Assembly: GCA_964558555.1 (NCBI GenBank)
Contig: CAZLEO010000001.1
Location: forward strand, 16,186 to 80,185
DNA from: an uncultured Rickettsiales bacterium
Lineage (GTDB): Bacteria > Myxococcota_A > UBA796 > UBA9615 > CAYRNR01
DNA length: 64,000 bases
Direction of reading: 5' to 3'
Shown here: piece by piece, positions 37,895 to 47,110 of the stretch
How positions within the stretch are numbered: the stretch's first letter is position 1
How the letters are laid out: each line of letters begins with the position of its first letter
The notes under the pieces: model-generated
Seen by the model: only the letters and a program-made list of their open reading frames with translations
Told to the model about the DNA's origin: nothing
Database searches by the model: none
Translations under genes and position numbers: made by a program

Positions 37895-38944
37895 ATGGCC
37901 GAGAATCCCCGCGCGCGCAGGGTCTTCCGCTTCCGGGGTCGGACCATGACCGACGCCGCCCGGAGAGCGCGCGCCGAGCTGGGCGAGGACACCGCCCTGC
38001 TCGAGGTGAACAGCGTGCGCGAGGAGAGCGGCGAGGAGCGCACCGAGATCGTGGTCACGGTGATGGATCGCATCGGCATCCCGAGCCTGCTGGAGTTCCT
38101 CACCCGCGTCACCGCGAAGACCACGCCGGCCAGCACCACCGCCACGCAGGAGGTGTGGCCCGCGCGCTTCCGCAGGGTGCTGGAGGTCCTGACCCGGTCC
38201 GGCCTGCGCGAGGACCAGGCCACCATCCTGTGCCGCGAGGCCATGGAGGAGGAGTCGACCCTCGACGCCACACCCTGGGAGACCATGGAGATGGTCATGG
38301 AGCGGCTGGCGCCGTGCAGCCCGCCGCTGGACCTGTCCATACGTCAGGTCTTCGGTCTTGCCGGCGACGACCTCTCCGGCCGCACCACCGTGGCGCAGGA
38401 GATCTGCCGCATGGCCGCGGCCATCGTGCCCGACCGCATCCTGCTGATCACCGACGATACGCAGGTCGTTCCAGAGGCCGGATACGACGTGTCTTACCTG
38501 GATGACGCCGAACAGGCGCTCCACGCGGTATCCTTGAACGATGAGCTCCGGGTCGTGGTGATCGACCTGCCAGCGGTGCGCGAGCGCGCGCCCGGCCTCG
38601 GGTTCAGGAACTGGATGAGTCGTTTCGAGGATCTGGTCCTGATCCCCGTGGTGGACGCGCGCCGGCCGTTGCCGGACGCGGTGTCCAGCATTCGCAAGTG
38701 CGCGGAATACCGCTCCTCCGGGTGGATACTCACCGGCCTGGACGACGAAGCCATGCTGGGCGTGGTGCTCGGCCTGGCCATGGCCAGCGGGGGTCCCCTG
38801 GGGATCCAGGGATTGCTGCCCGACGGCGGGATGCCGCGGCTGCAGCTGGCCCGCTGGAAGACCATCTTCGATCGCTTGCGGCGCCAGGCGGGCGAGGAGC
38901 CTGGGGCCCAGGCTCCCCCTGTTCCGGGGGAGGAAGGCCGATGA
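37895..38944 (+). CDS. flhF: FlhF-like protein with degenerate SRP-GTPase motifs
   Basis: N-terminal FRGRTMTDA...ELGEDT, position between flhA and fliA, G1 GDDLSGRTT, G3 DLPA, G4 TGLD. Confidence 0.6.
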   Translation: MAENPRARRVFRFRGRTMTDAARRARAELGEDTALLEVNSVREESGEERTEIVVTVMDRIGIPSLLEFLTRVTAKTTPASTTATQEVWPARFRRVLEVLTRSGLREDQATILCREAMEEESTLDATPWETMEMVMERLAPCSPPLDLSIRQVFGLAGDDLSGRTTVAQEICRMAAAIVPDRILLITDDTQVVPEAGYDVSYLDDAEQALHAVSLNDELRVVVIDLPAVRERAPGLGFRNWMSRFEDLVLIPVVDARRPLPDAVSSIRKCAEYRSSGWILTGLDDEAMLGVVLGLAMASGGPLGIQGLLPDGGMPRLQLARWKTIFDRLRRQAGEEPGAQAPPVPGEEGR

Positions 38945-39747
38945 TGCCCCGGTTCGAGAGCCCAGGTTACGGCGGTCCATACCAGGACGGCGACCGTATC
39001 GACGGCCGGTCCCGCGAAGAGACGGTGATGGACTTCACCCCGCGGATCGCGGCCATGGCCCGCCGGTTGATGGCGAGGATTCCGCCGGACGCCGCCGTGG
39101 AGCTGGAGGATCTGATCAACTCCGGCGCGGTCGGCCTGCTCGACGCCATGAACCGCTACGACGCCAGCCGGCACGTGCAGTTCTCCACCTTCGCCGACTT
39201 CCGCATCCGCGGCGCCATGCTCGACGTGCTGCGGCGCCTCGATCCGGTGAGCCGACAGGCGCGGTCCACGGCCAACCGCATCCAGGCCGCCACGGTGGAG
39301 CTGGAGCAGCGGCTCGGGCGCGTGCCCGAGCCCGAAGAGGTGGCCGCGGCCCTGGGCGTCAGCGTCGCCGAGGACTGGGCCCGGGGGGGCGAGGGGCGGT
39401 CGGGGTTCCGGGTCTCGTTCGCGGCCAAGCGGGGCGAGGAGAGCCGCCCGCTGACCGAGCTGCTCGAGGACCCGCGCTCGTCGTCCATCGAGGAGCAGGT
39501 GGCGATGAAGGAGGCGCTGCGGGCCATGAGCGACGCCATCCAGCACCACCTCACGGAGCGCCAGCGCACCGTGCTGACCCTGTACTACCTCAAGGACCTG
39601 ACCCTGCGGGAGATCGGCGAGGTCCTGGGCATCACCGAATCCCGCGTATCCCAGATCCACTCGGAGGCGTGCCTGCGGCTGCGTCCCCACATGCTCGGCC
39701 ACACGGGGGGCGTCGGCCCGCCAGGCCGGAGTAGGAGGAAGCGATGA
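38941..39747 (+). CDS. fliA: RNA polymerase sigma28 factor FliA
   Basis: Motifs DLINSGAVGL, FRIRGAMLDVLR, LYYLKDLTLREIGEVLGITESRVSQIH. Confidence 0.93.
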   Translation: MMPRFESPGYGGPYQDGDRIDGRSREETVMDFTPRIAAMARRLMARIPPDAAVELEDLINSGAVGLLDAMNRYDASRHVQFSTFADFRIRGAMLDVLRRLDPVSRQARSTANRIQAATVELEQRLGRVPEPEEVAAALGVSVAEDWARGGEGRSGFRVSFAAKRGEESRPLTELLEDPRSSSIEEQVAMKEALRAMSDAIQHHLTERQRTVLTLYYLKDLTLREIGEVLGITESRVSQIHSEACLRLRPHMLGHTGGVGPPGRSRRKR

Positions 39748-40487
39748 GCCACGGTATCTACGCATCCCTGGCTGCGGGCGTGCGCTCCTTCGAGAGCCTC
39801 GATCTGGTGGCCAACAACCTGGCCAACTCCGACACCCCGGGCTACCGCGCCCAGCGCGCGGTGTTCAAGGTGGTGGCCCCCACCGAGGCCCAGGGGTCCA
39901 CCGGGGCGCCGTCCCGCATCGCCGAGCGCTACCTGATGCTCGACGAGGTGGCGCACGACATGCGTACCGGCGGCATCATGCGCACGGGGGACCCGACGCA
40001 CCTGGCCCTGGAAGGGGAGGGGTTCTTCGTCATCGAGGGCGATGACGGCCCGCGCTACACCCGCGACGGCACCCTGCGGCTGAGCACCGAGGGGCGCCTC
40101 GTGCACCAGTCGGGCATGGCGGTGCTGGCGGAGGGCGGCCAGCCGGTGCAGATGGCGCCGGGCGCCTTCGAGGTGCGCGGCGACGGCACCATCCTCCAGG
40201 GCGGCGAGGAGATGGGCCGCATCCAGGTGGTGCGGTTCGACGATCCCGGCGCGCTGGCGCGCGAGGGCGACAACCTGTTCTCGGCCGCCGGCGCACAGGG
40301 GGTTCGGGCCGAGGACACCGTGGTGGCGCAGGGGGCCCTGGAGGGGTCCAACGTGGAGCCGCTGCGGGAGCTGGTGGAGCTGATCCGGCTCAACCGCTTC
40401 CACCAGGCATACAAGAAGACGCTGGAGAGCCTCGACGAGGCGAACCGCCAGCTGAACACCCGGGTCGGTCGCCTCACCGGCAACTGA
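39744..40487 (+). CDS. flgF: Flagellar rod protein FlgF
   Basis: Motifs ANNLANSDTPGY, YTRDG, LEGSNV; precedes flgG. Confidence 0.88.
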   Translation: MSHGIYASLAAGVRSFESLDLVANNLANSDTPGYRAQRAVFKVVAPTEAQGSTGAPSRIAERYLMLDEVAHDMRTGGIMRTGDPTHLALEGEGFFVIEGDDGPRYTRDGTLRLSTEGRLVHQSGMAVLAEGGQPVQMAPGAFEVRGDGTILQGGEEMGRIQVVRFDDPGALAREGDNLFSAAGAQGVRAEDTVVAQGALEGSNVEPLRELVELIRLNRFHQAYKKTLESLDEANRQLNTRVGRLTGN

Positions 40488-40533
40488 TCCACACGCCGGC
40501 CAGGGAAGGCCGGCGCAGAACGAGGAGGACACC

Positions 40534-41316
40534 ATGCGTGCCCTGTACACCGCCGCCACAGGAATGTCGGCGCAGCAGGTGAAGATGGACAACATCGCCA
40601 ACAACCTGGCGAACACCGGCACCACGGGCTTCAAGAAGGTCCGCGAGAACTTCCAGGACCTGTACTACCAGCAGCTCCGCGCGCCCGCCCCGTCCACGGT
40701 GCAGGGCACGCAGAACGGCACCGGCGTGCAGGTGGGCCACGGGGTGCAGCTCGCGTCGCTGCGCCGGTCCTTCGTGCAGGGCAACGCCGAGGTCACGGGC
40801 AACGCCACGGACCTGATGATCGACGGCGAGGGTTTCTTCCAGATCCAGCTGCCCGACGGCACCATCGGTTACACGCGCGACGGCGCGTTCCGTCTCGACG
40901 ACGAGGGCAACATGGTCACCATCGACGGGCACATCGTGCTGCCCGGCGTCACCGTGCAGCAGGGCGCGATCCTCACGGTGGGCCAGGACGGGCTGATCAC
41001 GTCGCAGATGGAGGGTGAGGAGACGGCCACTCAGCTCGGACAGCTGGAGCTGGCGACCTTCACCAACCCCGCGGGCCTCGCCGCGGACGGGCGCAACCTG
41101 TTCCGCGCCACCGAGGCCAGCGGCGACCCCCTCACCGGGGCGCCCGGAGACGAGGGGATCGGCGGCATCTTCCAGCACGCCCTCGAGGCGTCCAACGTGG
41201 ACGTGGCCGAGGAGCTGGTGAACCTGATCCGCGCGCAGCGCTCCTACGAGCTCGTCAGCAAGGTCATCGAGACCAGCGACGAGGTGTTGCAGACGACGAA
41301 CAACGTCAAGCGCTAG
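40534..41316 (+). CDS. flgG: Flagellar distal rod protein FlgG
   Basis: MRALYTAATGM, FQDLYYQ, GYTRDGAF, LEASNVDVAEE, AQRSYE. Confidence 0.95.
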   Translation: MRALYTAATGMSAQQVKMDNIANNLANTGTTGFKKVRENFQDLYYQQLRAPAPSTVQGTQNGTGVQVGHGVQLASLRRSFVQGNAEVTGNATDLMIDGEGFFQIQLPDGTIGYTRDGAFRLDDEGNMVTIDGHIVLPGVTVQQGAILTVGQDGLITSQMEGEETATQLGQLELATFTNPAGLAADGRNLFRATEASGDPLTGAPGDEGIGGIFQHALEASNVDVAEELVNLIRAQRSYELVSKVIETSDEVLQTTNNVKR

Positions 41317-41361
41317 TAGAGACAGAGGCGGGCGCAAGACGCGCCCTGGAAGGGACCCAGG

Positions 41362-42114
41362 ATGGGAACCGCATCAAAGACCCACCTGCGGGCACTCGCC
41401 GCGACCGCCATCACGCTGGCGGTGCTGGTCGCCGCGCCTGCCTTCGCGGCGACCCTGACGCCCGACCGCGTGCACGACGAGCTCGAGCTGTACGTGCGGG
41501 ACCGGCTGCCCGCGAGCGTCAGCTCGGTGGCCGTCGACGGCATCAACCTCGACGAGTCGATGGACGTGCCTGACGGCGAGGTGGCCCTGCGGTTCCGGCC
41601 GCGACCGGGCGAGGACTTCGTCGGGCGCACGGTCGTGTCCATGGACGTGATGAACGGCAACGACCTGGTCCAGACCCGCAACCTGAGCTTTCGCGTCACC
41701 GGCGAGGTGGAGGTCTGGACCGTGTCCAGCGCCATCGGACGCGGCCAGACCGTGCAGACCGCGGCGCTGACGGCCGACCTGCGCGACATGGACAGCCTGC
41801 CCGTGGACGCGGTGATGGTGAACGAGGAGCTGGGCCAGTCGGTGGCCTCGCGCGACCTGGCCCACGGCACGGTGCTGTGCCGGTCGATGATGAGGCGCCT
41901 GCCCGACGTGGAGCGGGGAGAGCCGGTGGTGGTGGAGATCCGCACCGGATCCCTGAGCGTCTCGTGCCTCGGCTCGCTGCAGGAGAACGGCTTCGTGGGC
42001 GAGTCCGTGCGCGCCCGCTGTGACGACACCAGCGCCCTGATCAGCGGCCGCCTCGAGGCCGACGGTCGGGTGGTGATGAACCTGCCCAGCCTCATGCGCG
42101 CAGGAGGTGAGTGA
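41362..42114 (+). CDS. flgA: P-ring formation chaperone FlgA
   Basis: Signal peptide, SAF-like region, VERGEPV, G..GESV; lies between flgG and flgH. Confidence 0.8.
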   Translation: MGTASKTHLRALAATAITLAVLVAAPAFAATLTPDRVHDELELYVRDRLPASVSSVAVDGINLDESMDVPDGEVALRFRPRPGEDFVGRTVVSMDVMNGNDLVQTRNLSFRVTGEVEVWTVSSAIGRGQTVQTAALTADLRDMDSLPVDAVMVNEELGQSVASRDLAHGTVLCRSMMRRLPDVERGEPVVVEIRTGSLSVSCLGSLQENGFVGESVRARCDDTSALISGRLEADGRVVMNLPSLMRAGGE

Positions 42115-42809
42115 TGAAGACCCTGCCCCTGGCGTTGCTCGCCGCGGTGACCCTGTGCGGCTGCGCCCACCAGCAGCAGCCCGCCCTCACCTCCACGAGC
42201 TGGCTGGCCGAGCTACCGGACACGCAGCCCGTGGTGGCGCAGACCGCCGACGGTTCGCTGTGGATGGAGGGTGGCACCACGTCCGCCCTGTTCGCCGACC
42301 GCCGCGCCTCCATGCCCGGTGACGTGCTCACCGTGACGGTGGTGGAGGAGGCCAAGGCCAAGAAGACGGCCAGCACCTCCACCAAGCGCTCGTCGAGCAC
42401 CGATGCCAGCGTCAACGCGTTGCTGGGGCTCGTCTCCTCGGTCACCGCCGCCAACCCCGACATGGGAACGACCCTCGGCGTGGGCGCCGGCACCGACAAC
42501 AGCTTCGACGGCGAGGGCGAGACCCTGCGTGAGGGCACCCTCGAGACCACCTTGACCGTCCGCGTCATGCAGGTGCTGCCCAACGGCCACCTGGTCGTCT
42601 CCGGCACCCGCACCATGAAGGTCAACAACGAGGTCCAGGTCCTCGCCCTGCGCGGCGTGGTGGACCCCCGTGACATCGCCGTGGACAACTCCGTGCTCTC
42701 CACCAAGGTCGCCGACGCCCAGATCGAGTTCTTCGGCCAGGGCGTCATCGGCGACAAGCAGCACCCCGGGTGGCTGCAGAGGGGAATGGACTGGATATGG
42801 CCCTTCTGA
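42111..42809 (+). CDS. flgH: L-ring lipoprotein FlgH
   Basis: Lipobox LCGC, LFADRRA..GDVLTV, VLPNGHL, GVVDPRDI, STKVADA, WPF. Confidence 0.93.
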   Translation: MMKTLPLALLAAVTLCGCAHQQQPALTSTSWLAELPDTQPVVAQTADGSLWMEGGTTSALFADRRASMPGDVLTVTVVEEAKAKKTASTSTKRSSSTDASVNALLGLVSSVTAANPDMGTTLGVGAGTDNSFDGEGETLREGTLETTLTVRVMQVLPNGHLVVSGTRTMKVNNEVQVLALRGVVDPRDIAVDNSVLSTKVADAQIEFFGQGVIGDKQHPGWLQRGMDWIWPF

Positions 42810-43894
42810 GAACCGCACTGTGCCTGGCGGTCCTGTGGACCGTCGCAGGACCCGCCCACGCCGCCCGCATCGCCGACATCGGCGACTTCCAGGGCGTGCG
42901 CGAGAACCAGCTCATCGGCTACGGCCTGGTGGTGGGCCTCGCCGGCACCGGGGACTCGACGAGCTCCGGCATGACCATCCAGTCGGTGATGACCCTGCTG
43001 TCCGGCCTCGGCCTGACCGTCAGCGAGCAGGACATCAAGAGCAAGAACGTGGCGGCCGTCGTCGTCACGGCGACCCTGGACCCGTTCGCGCGACCCGGAC
43101 AGAACATCGCGGTGCTGGCCTCGTCGGTGGGCGACGCCAAGAGCCTCGAGGGCGGCACGTTGCTGATGACCCCCCTGCGGGCGGGCAACGGCCAGGTCTA
43201 CGCCGTGGCCCAGGGGCCGCTGACCATCGGCGGGTACAGCGTATCGGGCGGCGGCGGCAACAAGAGCCGCAACCACGCGAACGTGGGCCGCATTCCCGAC
43301 GGCGGCATCGTCGAGCGCAGCGTGGAGGTGGACCTGCTGAGCCGCGAATCGCTCGATCTGTCCCTGCACAACTCGGACTTCCGCACGGCGGTCCGGGCCA
43401 GCCAGGTGATCAACGGCGCGCTGATGGGCGACTTCGCCGCAGCCGCCGACTCCCGGACCGTGGAGGTGCAGGTCCCCGAGCAGTACCTGGGCCGCGTGCC
43501 CGAGCTGTTGGCGCTGCTGGATTCGCTGGACGTGGAGGTCTCACGCCGCGCCCGCGTGGTGCTCAACGAGCGCACCGGCACGGTGGTCATGGGCAACGAC
43601 GTGCGCATCGACACCGTGGCCATCGCCCATGGCGGCATCTCCATCCAGGTGCAGCCGCGGGTGGACGTGTTCCAGCCGGATACGCCCTTCGGCGGCGGCT
43701 CCACGGTGGTCAGCGAGAGCGCCGACATCGCCGTGAACGAGGAGATGCGCCAGCTGCAGACGGTCCAGGGCGCCTCCATCGCCGAGGTGGTGGCTGCCTT
43801 GAACAAGCTGGGCGTCACCCCGCGCGACCTCGTGTCCATCCTGCAGGCCATCCAGGCTGCGGGCGCACTGGACGCCGAGGTGGAGGTGATATGA
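42797..43894 (+). CDS. flgI: P-ring protein FlgI
   Basis: RENQLIGYGLVVGLAGTGD, GDAKSLEGGTL, NERTGTVV, ILQAI. Confidence 0.95.
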   Translation: MALLRTALCLAVLWTVAGPAHAARIADIGDFQGVRENQLIGYGLVVGLAGTGDSTSSGMTIQSVMTLLSGLGLTVSEQDIKSKNVAAVVVTATLDPFARPGQNIAVLASSVGDAKSLEGGTLLMTPLRAGNGQVYAVAQGPLTIGGYSVSGGGGNKSRNHANVGRIPDGGIVERSVEVDLLSRESLDLSLHNSDFRTAVRASQVINGALMGDFAAAADSRTVEVQVPEQYLGRVPELLALLDSLDVEVSRRARVVLNERTGTVVMGNDVRIDTVAIAHGGISIQVQPRVDVFQPDTPFGGGSTVVSESADIAVNEEMRQLQTVQGASIAEVVAALNKLGVTPRDLVSILQAIQAAGALDAEVEVI

Positions 43895-44060
43895 CTCCCC
43901 CTTCCCCATCTCTCGACAGCCCTCGCTTGCCCAGGACGCCCGTGGAAGCGTCCCGGTCGAGCTTGAAAGGGGGAGGACCCTGTCTGCGCCGACCGGAACG
44001 CTTCACGGTCGCCCTGGATCTGCGCGAGCATCTGCCGATGGACGGGGAAGGGAGAGCCTG

Positions 44061-44786
44061 ATGCTGCCGACGACGCCCGTGGACAGCGCGCCTCGTCCGG
44101 ATCCGATGGATCAGATCGAGCGAATGCAATCGCTGCGCGACGATCCGGAGAAGCTGCGCAAGGCCGCCCGCGGGTTCGAGGCCATGGTCCTCGCCGAGCT
44201 CATGCGGCCGCTGGAGAACAGCGGCGGCGGGCTGCTGGGCAAGTCCATGGGATCGAGGTTCGCCAAGGGCATGTTCCACGACGCCATCGTCCAGAAGGTG
44301 GCCGACGCGGGCGGCATCGGCCTGGCGGACATGGTCCTGAAGCAGGTGACGCAGACGTCGGCCCTCGGCGCGTACCGCGACTTCGCGGCGCCGCAGGGGG
44401 CCTGGCCCATCCAGGGCGGCGATCCGACGAGCATCTGCTCGGGCTTCGGCGTGCGATCCGATCCGTTCACGGGTGAGGCGCGCATGCACAAGGGCATCGA
44501 CATCGACGCCGAGCTCGGCACGCCGGTCTTCCCGGTACGGGATGGCAAGGTGATCTTCGCCGGATCGCGCGGCGGGTACGGTAAACTCGTCATCGTGGAA
44601 CACGAGGACGGATTGCAGAGCCGGTACGGCCACCTGTCGGAGATCGACGTGGCCGAAGGTGACTGGCTCGATGGTAGTGGCGCGCTGGGCGCCGTGGGAT
44701 CGACCGGCCGGTCCACGGGACCGCACCTCCACCTGGAGGTCCGGCAGGGCGATGTCGCCCTGGACCCGATGGAGTTCCTGCACTGA
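44061..44786 (+). CDS. FlgJ rod-binding domain fused to an M23 metallopeptidase
   Basis: LRKAARGFEAMVL...GGIGLADMV, then DPFTG..MHKGID, YGHLS, GSTGRSTGPHLHLE. Confidence 0.85.
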   Translation: MLPTTPVDSAPRPDPMDQIERMQSLRDDPEKLRKAARGFEAMVLAELMRPLENSGGGLLGKSMGSRFAKGMFHDAIVQKVADAGGIGLADMVLKQVTQTSALGAYRDFAAPQGAWPIQGGDPTSICSGFGVRSDPFTGEARMHKGIDIDAELGTPVFPVRDGKVIFAGSRGGYGKLVIVEHEDGLQSRYGHLSEIDVAEGDWLDGSGALGAVGSTGRSTGPHLHLEVRQGDVALDPMEFLH

Positions 44787-44846
44787 ACGCGGGCGGAAGG
44801 TCGATGAGCAGAGGGCGGTTCCGAGGATGGAACCGTAAAAAAGAAC

Positions 44847-44873
44847 TCAAGGAATGGGAGATTCGTCCGATGA
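44847..44873 (+). promoter_or_regulatory. Sigma28 promoter of the flgM-flgN-flgK-flgL unit
   Basis: TCAA-N15-TCCGATGA. Confidence 0.7.
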
Positions 44874-44993
44874 CCACCAACGAGAGTTCGAAAAGGTCTC
44901 TTCGGAGGCCCCGAGCCAGGAGGGCTCGAGCCGGCAGCGGCTAGACGGAGGCAGGGAGTGGCAGGACGCCGCTCCCCCTCCCGGAGACTTGAG

Positions 44994-45311
44994 ATGAAAG
45001 TCAACGACAACTCAGCCGCGAACAAACCCACTCGCGCGGGGCAGGCTCGACAGGCCAACGCGGGGGCGAGCACCGGAAAGGTCAAATCGACCGCCGGCGC
45101 CGCCACCGAGGGCTCGACCGTCTCGATGTCGTCCGATGTTGACGACATCGGACGCATCTCGGCCGCCGCGCAGGAAACCCCGGAGGTACGCCCGGAGGTG
45201 GTGGAACAGATCAAGGCGGAACTGGAGTCCGGGCAACTGGACGCCGACCCCGATCTGCTCGCCGCCCGGCTGCTCCAGGACATGGGATGGTTCGCGGGTT
45301 CCGAGGAATGA
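44994..45311 (+). CDS. flgM: Anti-sigma28 factor FlgM
   Basis: VSMS...PEVRPEVVEQIKAELESGQL...LAARLL; canonical position. Confidence 0.8.
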   Translation: MKVNDNSAANKPTRAGQARQANAGASTGKVKSTAGAATEGSTVSMSSDVDDIGRISAAAQETPEVRPEVVEQIKAELESGQLDADPDLLAARLLQDMGWFAGSEE

Positions 45312-45317
45312 GCGAAC

Positions 45318-45695
45318 ATGTCCGACCCACCGCCCCCCCGTGACGCGGGCGCGGCAGAGGAGTTGCTGATCCAGCTCTCCTCTCTCCTCGACGACGCCCA
45401 GGAACCCATGAAGCGCTTCGACCTGCCGCAGGTGGAGGCGTACACCCTCAAGCAACGGTCATTGATCGAGCGGCTCGGCCCGTTCCTCGAGGAACGACGG
45501 CCCGACGTCTCCGGTGATCTCGTGACCTCCGTGCGGCGCAAGCTGCTGCGCAACCAGGTCATGGTCGCCCACGTGCTGGACTTCACCACCCGCCTCCAGG
45601 CGCACATCTCCCGGTCCGATGACGAGGGATACGACGCCGAGGGGCAGACCCGCCAGGGTGCGGCCGCGGGCCGCATGCTGCGGACCTCGGTGTAG
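45318..45695 (+). CDS. FlgN-like export chaperone
   Basis: Helical 125-aa protein between flgM and flgK, ending GYDAEG...GRMLRTSV. Confidence 0.6.
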   Translation: MSDPPPPRDAGAAEELLIQLSSLLDDAQEPMKRFDLPQVEAYTLKQRSLIERLGPFLEERRPDVSGDLVTSVRRKLLRNQVMVAHVLDFTTRLQAHISRSDDEGYDAEGQTRQGAAAGRMLRTSV

Positions 45696-45705
45696 GGAGG
45701 CCGCC

Positions 45706-47100
45706 ATGTCGCTATTCAACATACTGAACATGACGGGGTCGGCGCTGCAGTCCCAGCGCGCCGGGCTCGCGGTCACCGCCAACAACATCGCCAACGCCGA
45801 CACCGACGGCTACCACCGGCAGTCCGTGGACTACCAGACGGTGGGTACCGAGTACACCGGCGGCCTGCTGCTGGGGCAGGGCGTGACCGCGGCGGACGTG
45901 GTCTCCGCGTTCGACCGCTACACCGAGGAGCGGCTGCTCAGCGAGCACGCCAACTCCGGCTACGCCGGGACCCTGTCGTCGTCGTACGAGGTGCTCGAGT
46001 CCATGGTGGCGGTCACCGGGGACGGCTCCCTGGCCGGTCGGCTGTCCGACTTCCTCACCGCCATCGACGGGCTCGCCACGACGCCGTGGGAGAACTCGGT
46101 GCGCACCCAGGTGCTCATCGACGCCGAGTCCCTGTCCACCGAGTTCCGGCGGCAGGCCGAGGCCCTGGACGAGATGTCGATCTCGGCGGACGAGGCCGTG
46201 GCCGGCGGTGCCACGTCGGTCAACGGCTACTTCGCGGAGATCGCCTCGCTCAACGCCCAGATCGCGGCGCTGGAGGCGTCGGGTCAGACCGCCAACGACC
46301 TGCGCGACCAGCGCGGCACCCTCGTGGACGCCGTGGCGCGGCAGGTCGGCGTGGAGACGGACGAGCAGGCGGACGGTACCCTCACGGTCTTCGTGGCCGG
46401 CCACGCGGTGGTCCAGGGGGACAACGCCCGGACCCTGCGCGCCGAAGAGGACCCCAACACCGGCCTGCAGCGGATCATGCTCCAGGACGGAGGGGTGGCC
46501 CTGAACATCACGGCGCAGATCCAGTCGGGCGAGATCGCCGCCCAGCTCGAGCTCCGCGACACGGTGGTGCCCGGCCTGACGAGTGAACTGGATCAGATCG
46601 CGTACGACCTGGTCACGAACTTCAACGCCGTGCACGCCACCGGGTACGACCTGGACGGCAACACGGGCTCCGACCTCTTCCTCGCCCCCAGCCAGGTGAC
46701 CGGCGCCGCCGCGAACATGCAGCTGGACACGGCCCTGGTGGACAACCCCGACGGCCTCGCCGCCTCCGTGGACGCGGCCGGTGTGCCCGGTGACGGCCAG
46801 GTGGCCATCGCCCTGGGGGATCTCGCCGACGCGCTCGTCGCAGGTAACGGCACCATGACCCTCAACGAGGCCCTTTCGTCCTTTGTCGGCGGCCTCGCAT
46901 CGGACGCGGCCGTGGCCCACGCCGGGCTGTCGCTGCAGACCGGGATCACCTCCGCGGTGGAGGGCACGTGGGAGGCCCGCTCGGCGGTGAGCCAGGAGGA
47001 AGAGGCCATCAACCTGCTCAAGTACCAGGACGCGTACGACGCCATGGCGCGCGTGCTCCAGGTGACGCAGGAAATGCTCGACACACTGATGTCGCTCTAG
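45706..47100 (+). CDS. flgK: Hook-associated protein FlgK
   Basis: Motifs ANNIANADTDGYHRQ, NDLRDQR, EEEAINLLKYQDAY. Confidence 0.92.
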   Translation: MSLFNILNMTGSALQSQRAGLAVTANNIANADTDGYHRQSVDYQTVGTEYTGGLLLGQGVTAADVVSAFDRYTEERLLSEHANSGYAGTLSSSYEVLESMVAVTGDGSLAGRLSDFLTAIDGLATTPWENSVRTQVLIDAESLSTEFRRQAEALDEMSISADEAVAGGATSVNGYFAEIASLNAQIAALEASGQTANDLRDQRGTLVDAVARQVGVETDEQADGTLTVFVAGHAVVQGDNARTLRAEEDPNTGLQRIMLQDGGVALNITAQIQSGEIAAQLELRDTVVPGLTSELDQIAYDLVTNFNAVHATGYDLDGNTGSDLFLAPSQVTGAAANMQLDTALVDNPDGLAASVDAAGVPGDGQVAIALGDLADALVAGNGTMTLNEALSSFVGGLASDAAVAHAGLSLQTGITSAVEGTWEARSAVSQEEEAINLLKYQDAYDAMARVLQVTQEMLDTLMSL

Positions 47101-47110
47101 GAGGACCACG

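Noticed and set aside
35654-38980. Long antisense ORFs (for example 35654-38980, 2093-4483, 7402-9462, 13847-15805)
   Set aside because: Shadow frames of well-supported plus-strand genes, expected in high-GC DNA; no recognisable motifs.
43895-44060. c-di-GMP riboswitch in the flagellar leaders (also checked 12450-12635 and 26071-26274)
   Set aside because: I could not find the GEMM-I or GEMM-II conserved cores by eye; reported only as generic structured leaders pending an Infernal search.
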